From contig NC_135806.1 of NCBI RefSeq assembly GCF_964213995.1, forward strand, positions 139,748,001 through 139,812,000: a DNA stretch of 64,000 nucleotides. Direction: 5' to 3'. This DNA is from Mustelus asterias (lineage: Eukaryota). Each line of letters starts with the position of its first letter. Within the stretch, counting starts at the first letter, position 1. A program made the position numbers and the translations under genes. Shown here one piece after another: positions 61,239-64,000 of the stretch. Below the pieces are notes generated by a model. It did not search any database. It was not told the origin of the DNA and saw nothing but the letters and a program-made list of their open reading frames with translations.

Positions 61239-61505
61239 GGGCGGCACAGTAGCACAGTGGTTAGCACTGCTGCTTCACAGCATCAGGGACCCGGGTTCGA
61301 TTCCCGGCTTGGGTCACTGCCTGTGTGGAGTTTGCACATTCTCCCCGTGTCTGCATGGGTTTCCTCCCACATTCTGAAAGACGTGCTGGTTAGGTGCATT
61401 GACCCGAACAGGTGCCGACTGTGGCGACTAGGGGAATTTCACAGTAACTTCATTGTAGTGTTAACGTAAGCCTACTTGTGACTAATAAATTATCTTTAAC
61501 TTTAA
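61239..61505 (+). mobile_element. V-SINE with alternative tail
   Basis: Same structure as 2404-2713. Confidence 0.75.
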
Positions 61506-62504
61506 GTCCTAGGATGGGACTCAAAAAGAAACTCCTGGCTCAGAGGCAGGGACACTATCCACTCCGCCACAAGATTTCTCCATATTCACTGGAATCTACA
61601 TTAATCTGCAGAATATCTGCAGAGGATATTGGATTTAAATATGATTTAATTGAATTTTATTCCAGTGCTGGATCCCTCCAGCTCCGACACACAGTGGCAG
61701 CAGTGTGTAAGATCTACAAGATGCACTGCAGCAACCCTCCAAGGCTCCTTAGGCAGCACCTTTGAAACTCACGACCACTACCATCTAGCAGAACAAGAGC
61801 ACACCACCACCTGGAGTTTCCCTCCAAGCCACTCACTGTCCTGACTTGGAAATATATCAGCTGTACCTTCACAGTTACTGGGTCAAAATCCTGGAATTCC
61901 CTCCCTAACAGCACTGTGGGTGCACCTATACCACACATGGACTGCAGCAGTTCAAGAAGGCAGCTCACCACCACCTTCTCAAGGGCAATTAAGGATGTGC
62001 AATAACTTCTGGCCTAGCCAGCGACGCCCACATCCCATAAATGAATTTTTAAAAATAAGTACTGTCAATCAGAATCGCATTAATTTTCCAATCTAAGTTT
62101 TTTCTCAATTATTCATAGAAAACACTGAAATGAAAAGAAAAGTCACCACAGTCCCAAGATGACCATTGGCTGCTCTTTCCTTTGAGGGGGAGAGCTGACT
62201 GGCAGTGATTTAACCTGATGGCCATCACACATCAGGCGAGGGGCAAGTTTGGGAAGGTTATTTTTGAATAACCTCAACCGGTACAGGAATGGAACCTGCG
62301 CTGTTGTGGTGCATCACAAACCAGCCAGCCAGCCAACTGAGCTAAACTGACCCCAACTGGCTACTCAGCTCAACAACGGGGGAAAGAATTGAACACTCTG
62401 GGTAGTGGCTGCTGTTCAGGTGATGACTATGATGCTATCACAGTGTTGAGAAGTCTTGCTGTTCCCTCTAACTAACCTTTGCGTAGCTGTCCTAATATTC
62501 CCAA

Positions 62505-63316
62505 GTGAGTGACGAAACAGAGTACAGGAGTGAGATAGAGAATTTGGTGAACTGGTGCAGCAACAATAATCTCTCCCTCAATGTCAACAAAACGAAGGAG
62601 ATTGTCATTGACTTCAGGAAGTGTAAAGGAGAACATGCCCCTGTCTACATCAATGGAGATGAAGTAGAAAGGATCGAGAGCTTCATGTTTTTGGGTGTCC
62701 AGATCACCAACCACCTGTCCTGGTCCCCCCATGCTGACACTATAGTTAAGAAAGCCCACCAATGCCTCTACTTTTTCAGAAGACTGAGGAAATTTAGCAT
62801 GTCAGCTACGACTCTCACCAACATTTACAGATGCACCATAGAAAGCATTCTTTCTGGTTGTATCACAGCTTGGTATGGCCCCTACTCTGCCCAAGACCGC
62901 AAAGAACTACAAAAGGTCGTGAATGTAGCCCAATCCATCACCCAAACCAGCCTCCCATCCATTGACTCTGTCTACACTTCCCACTGCCTCGGCAAAGCAG
63001 CCAGCATAATTAAGGACCCCACGCACCCCGAACATTCTCTCTTCCACCTTCTTCCTTCGGGAAAAAGATACAAAAGTCTGAGGTCACGTACCAACTGACT
63101 CAAGAACAGCTTCTTCCTTGCTGCTGTCAGATTTTTGAATGGGTCTACCTTGCATTAAGTTGATCTTTCTCTACACTCTAGCTATGACTGTAACACTACA
63201 TTCTGCACTCTCTTGTTTCCTTCTCTATGAACGGTATGTTTTGTCTGTATAGCGTGCAAGAAACAATACTTTTCACTGTATATTCATACATGCGACAATA
63301 ATAAATTAAATCAAAT
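62505..63316 (+). mobile_element. Rex1-type LINE 3' portion
   Basis: WCSNNNLSLNVNKTKEIVIDFRK, FLGVQIT, YRCTIESILSGCITAWYG; (aaatc)n-like tail. Confidence 0.88.
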
Positions 63317-64000
63317 ATAAGGTTTTGCCTGTTATGTTCTCGGGATGTTTTTCTACATCAAAGGTGCGATTATATACACACAAGTTTTTGTTATTCTTAC
63401 CAAATCGGGGTAAAACATTCTCCTGTATTGTGTTGCATTTTCCTGTCCTACAAGTGGCATGGCTTGGAAGTGGTGGGGGTACCAGTGAAAGGGAGGGGGG
63501 CACATTCCCACCACGAGGGAAGTGTCCCTGGATAACCTGGGAAGCTAATCTATTGACAGGTGTCAGGAAGCAGGCAAATTAAATACTTAAGGCTCTAATT
63601 GGGGACGATTGCTCAGGCTTGTTGGGATTTTGCCAGTGGTGGAACAGATGGCCGCCACTTGTGGAGGCTGCTAGCTCACTACCGCAATCTGGGGGATTCA
63701 TCGGATCCAGAGGCCCGTGCCCAACAAAGGCCCACTGGCCTAACCCCTCTCAAATCTTCATCAACATTTGTGCCTCAGAGTCCTCGTGACTCAGCAGATC
63801 TCACCAAGACTCCAGACCTGTCAAGCCTCATACTGGACTAGCTACACTGAGAGCCAGCATGATATCCTTAATCAGATGAAGAGTGTGGAGGTGGCCAATT
63901 AGAAACCCAGCTTTCTAGATGATTGCTCAGCCGATCTGTCTCCTGGCAAGTGAGAGCTCAGGATCCTATTTGGTAATACACTGGGGAACAGAAGCCCACT

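Overview
Eukaryotic, repeat-dense genomic DNA, almost certainly from a shark: HE1-type V-SINEs with CR1/HER1 tails, CR1 and Rex1 LINEs, and Penelope-like elements. Most long ORFs are retroelement proteins. Among the repeats are two paralogous Ig-superfamily receptor genes arranged head-to-head. One is a minus-strand gene whose leader exon (1713-1773) and start of V exon (300-343) run into an assembly gap. The other is a plus-strand disabled copy: leader 17983-18042, Siglec-15-like V domain 26844-27223, second V-type domain 59192-59540, and a Lys-containing transmembrane exon 60572-60671. Other notable structure: (1) Penelope insertions that are hairpins of 0.1-5.2 kb with ~12-bp TSDs and carry minimal hammerhead ribozymes with compensatory changes; (2) a U_UUA_AAC slippery heptamer at the ORF1/ORF2 junction of three diverged CR1 subfamilies, with ORF2 in the -1 frame; (3) a ~0.9-kb solo LTR expanded to 17.5 kb by nested retrotransposons; (4) a 59-bp minisatellite derived from CR1 coding sequence. 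Family names come from recalled motifs, not database searches. Repeat boundaries are approximate unless a TSD is quoted.
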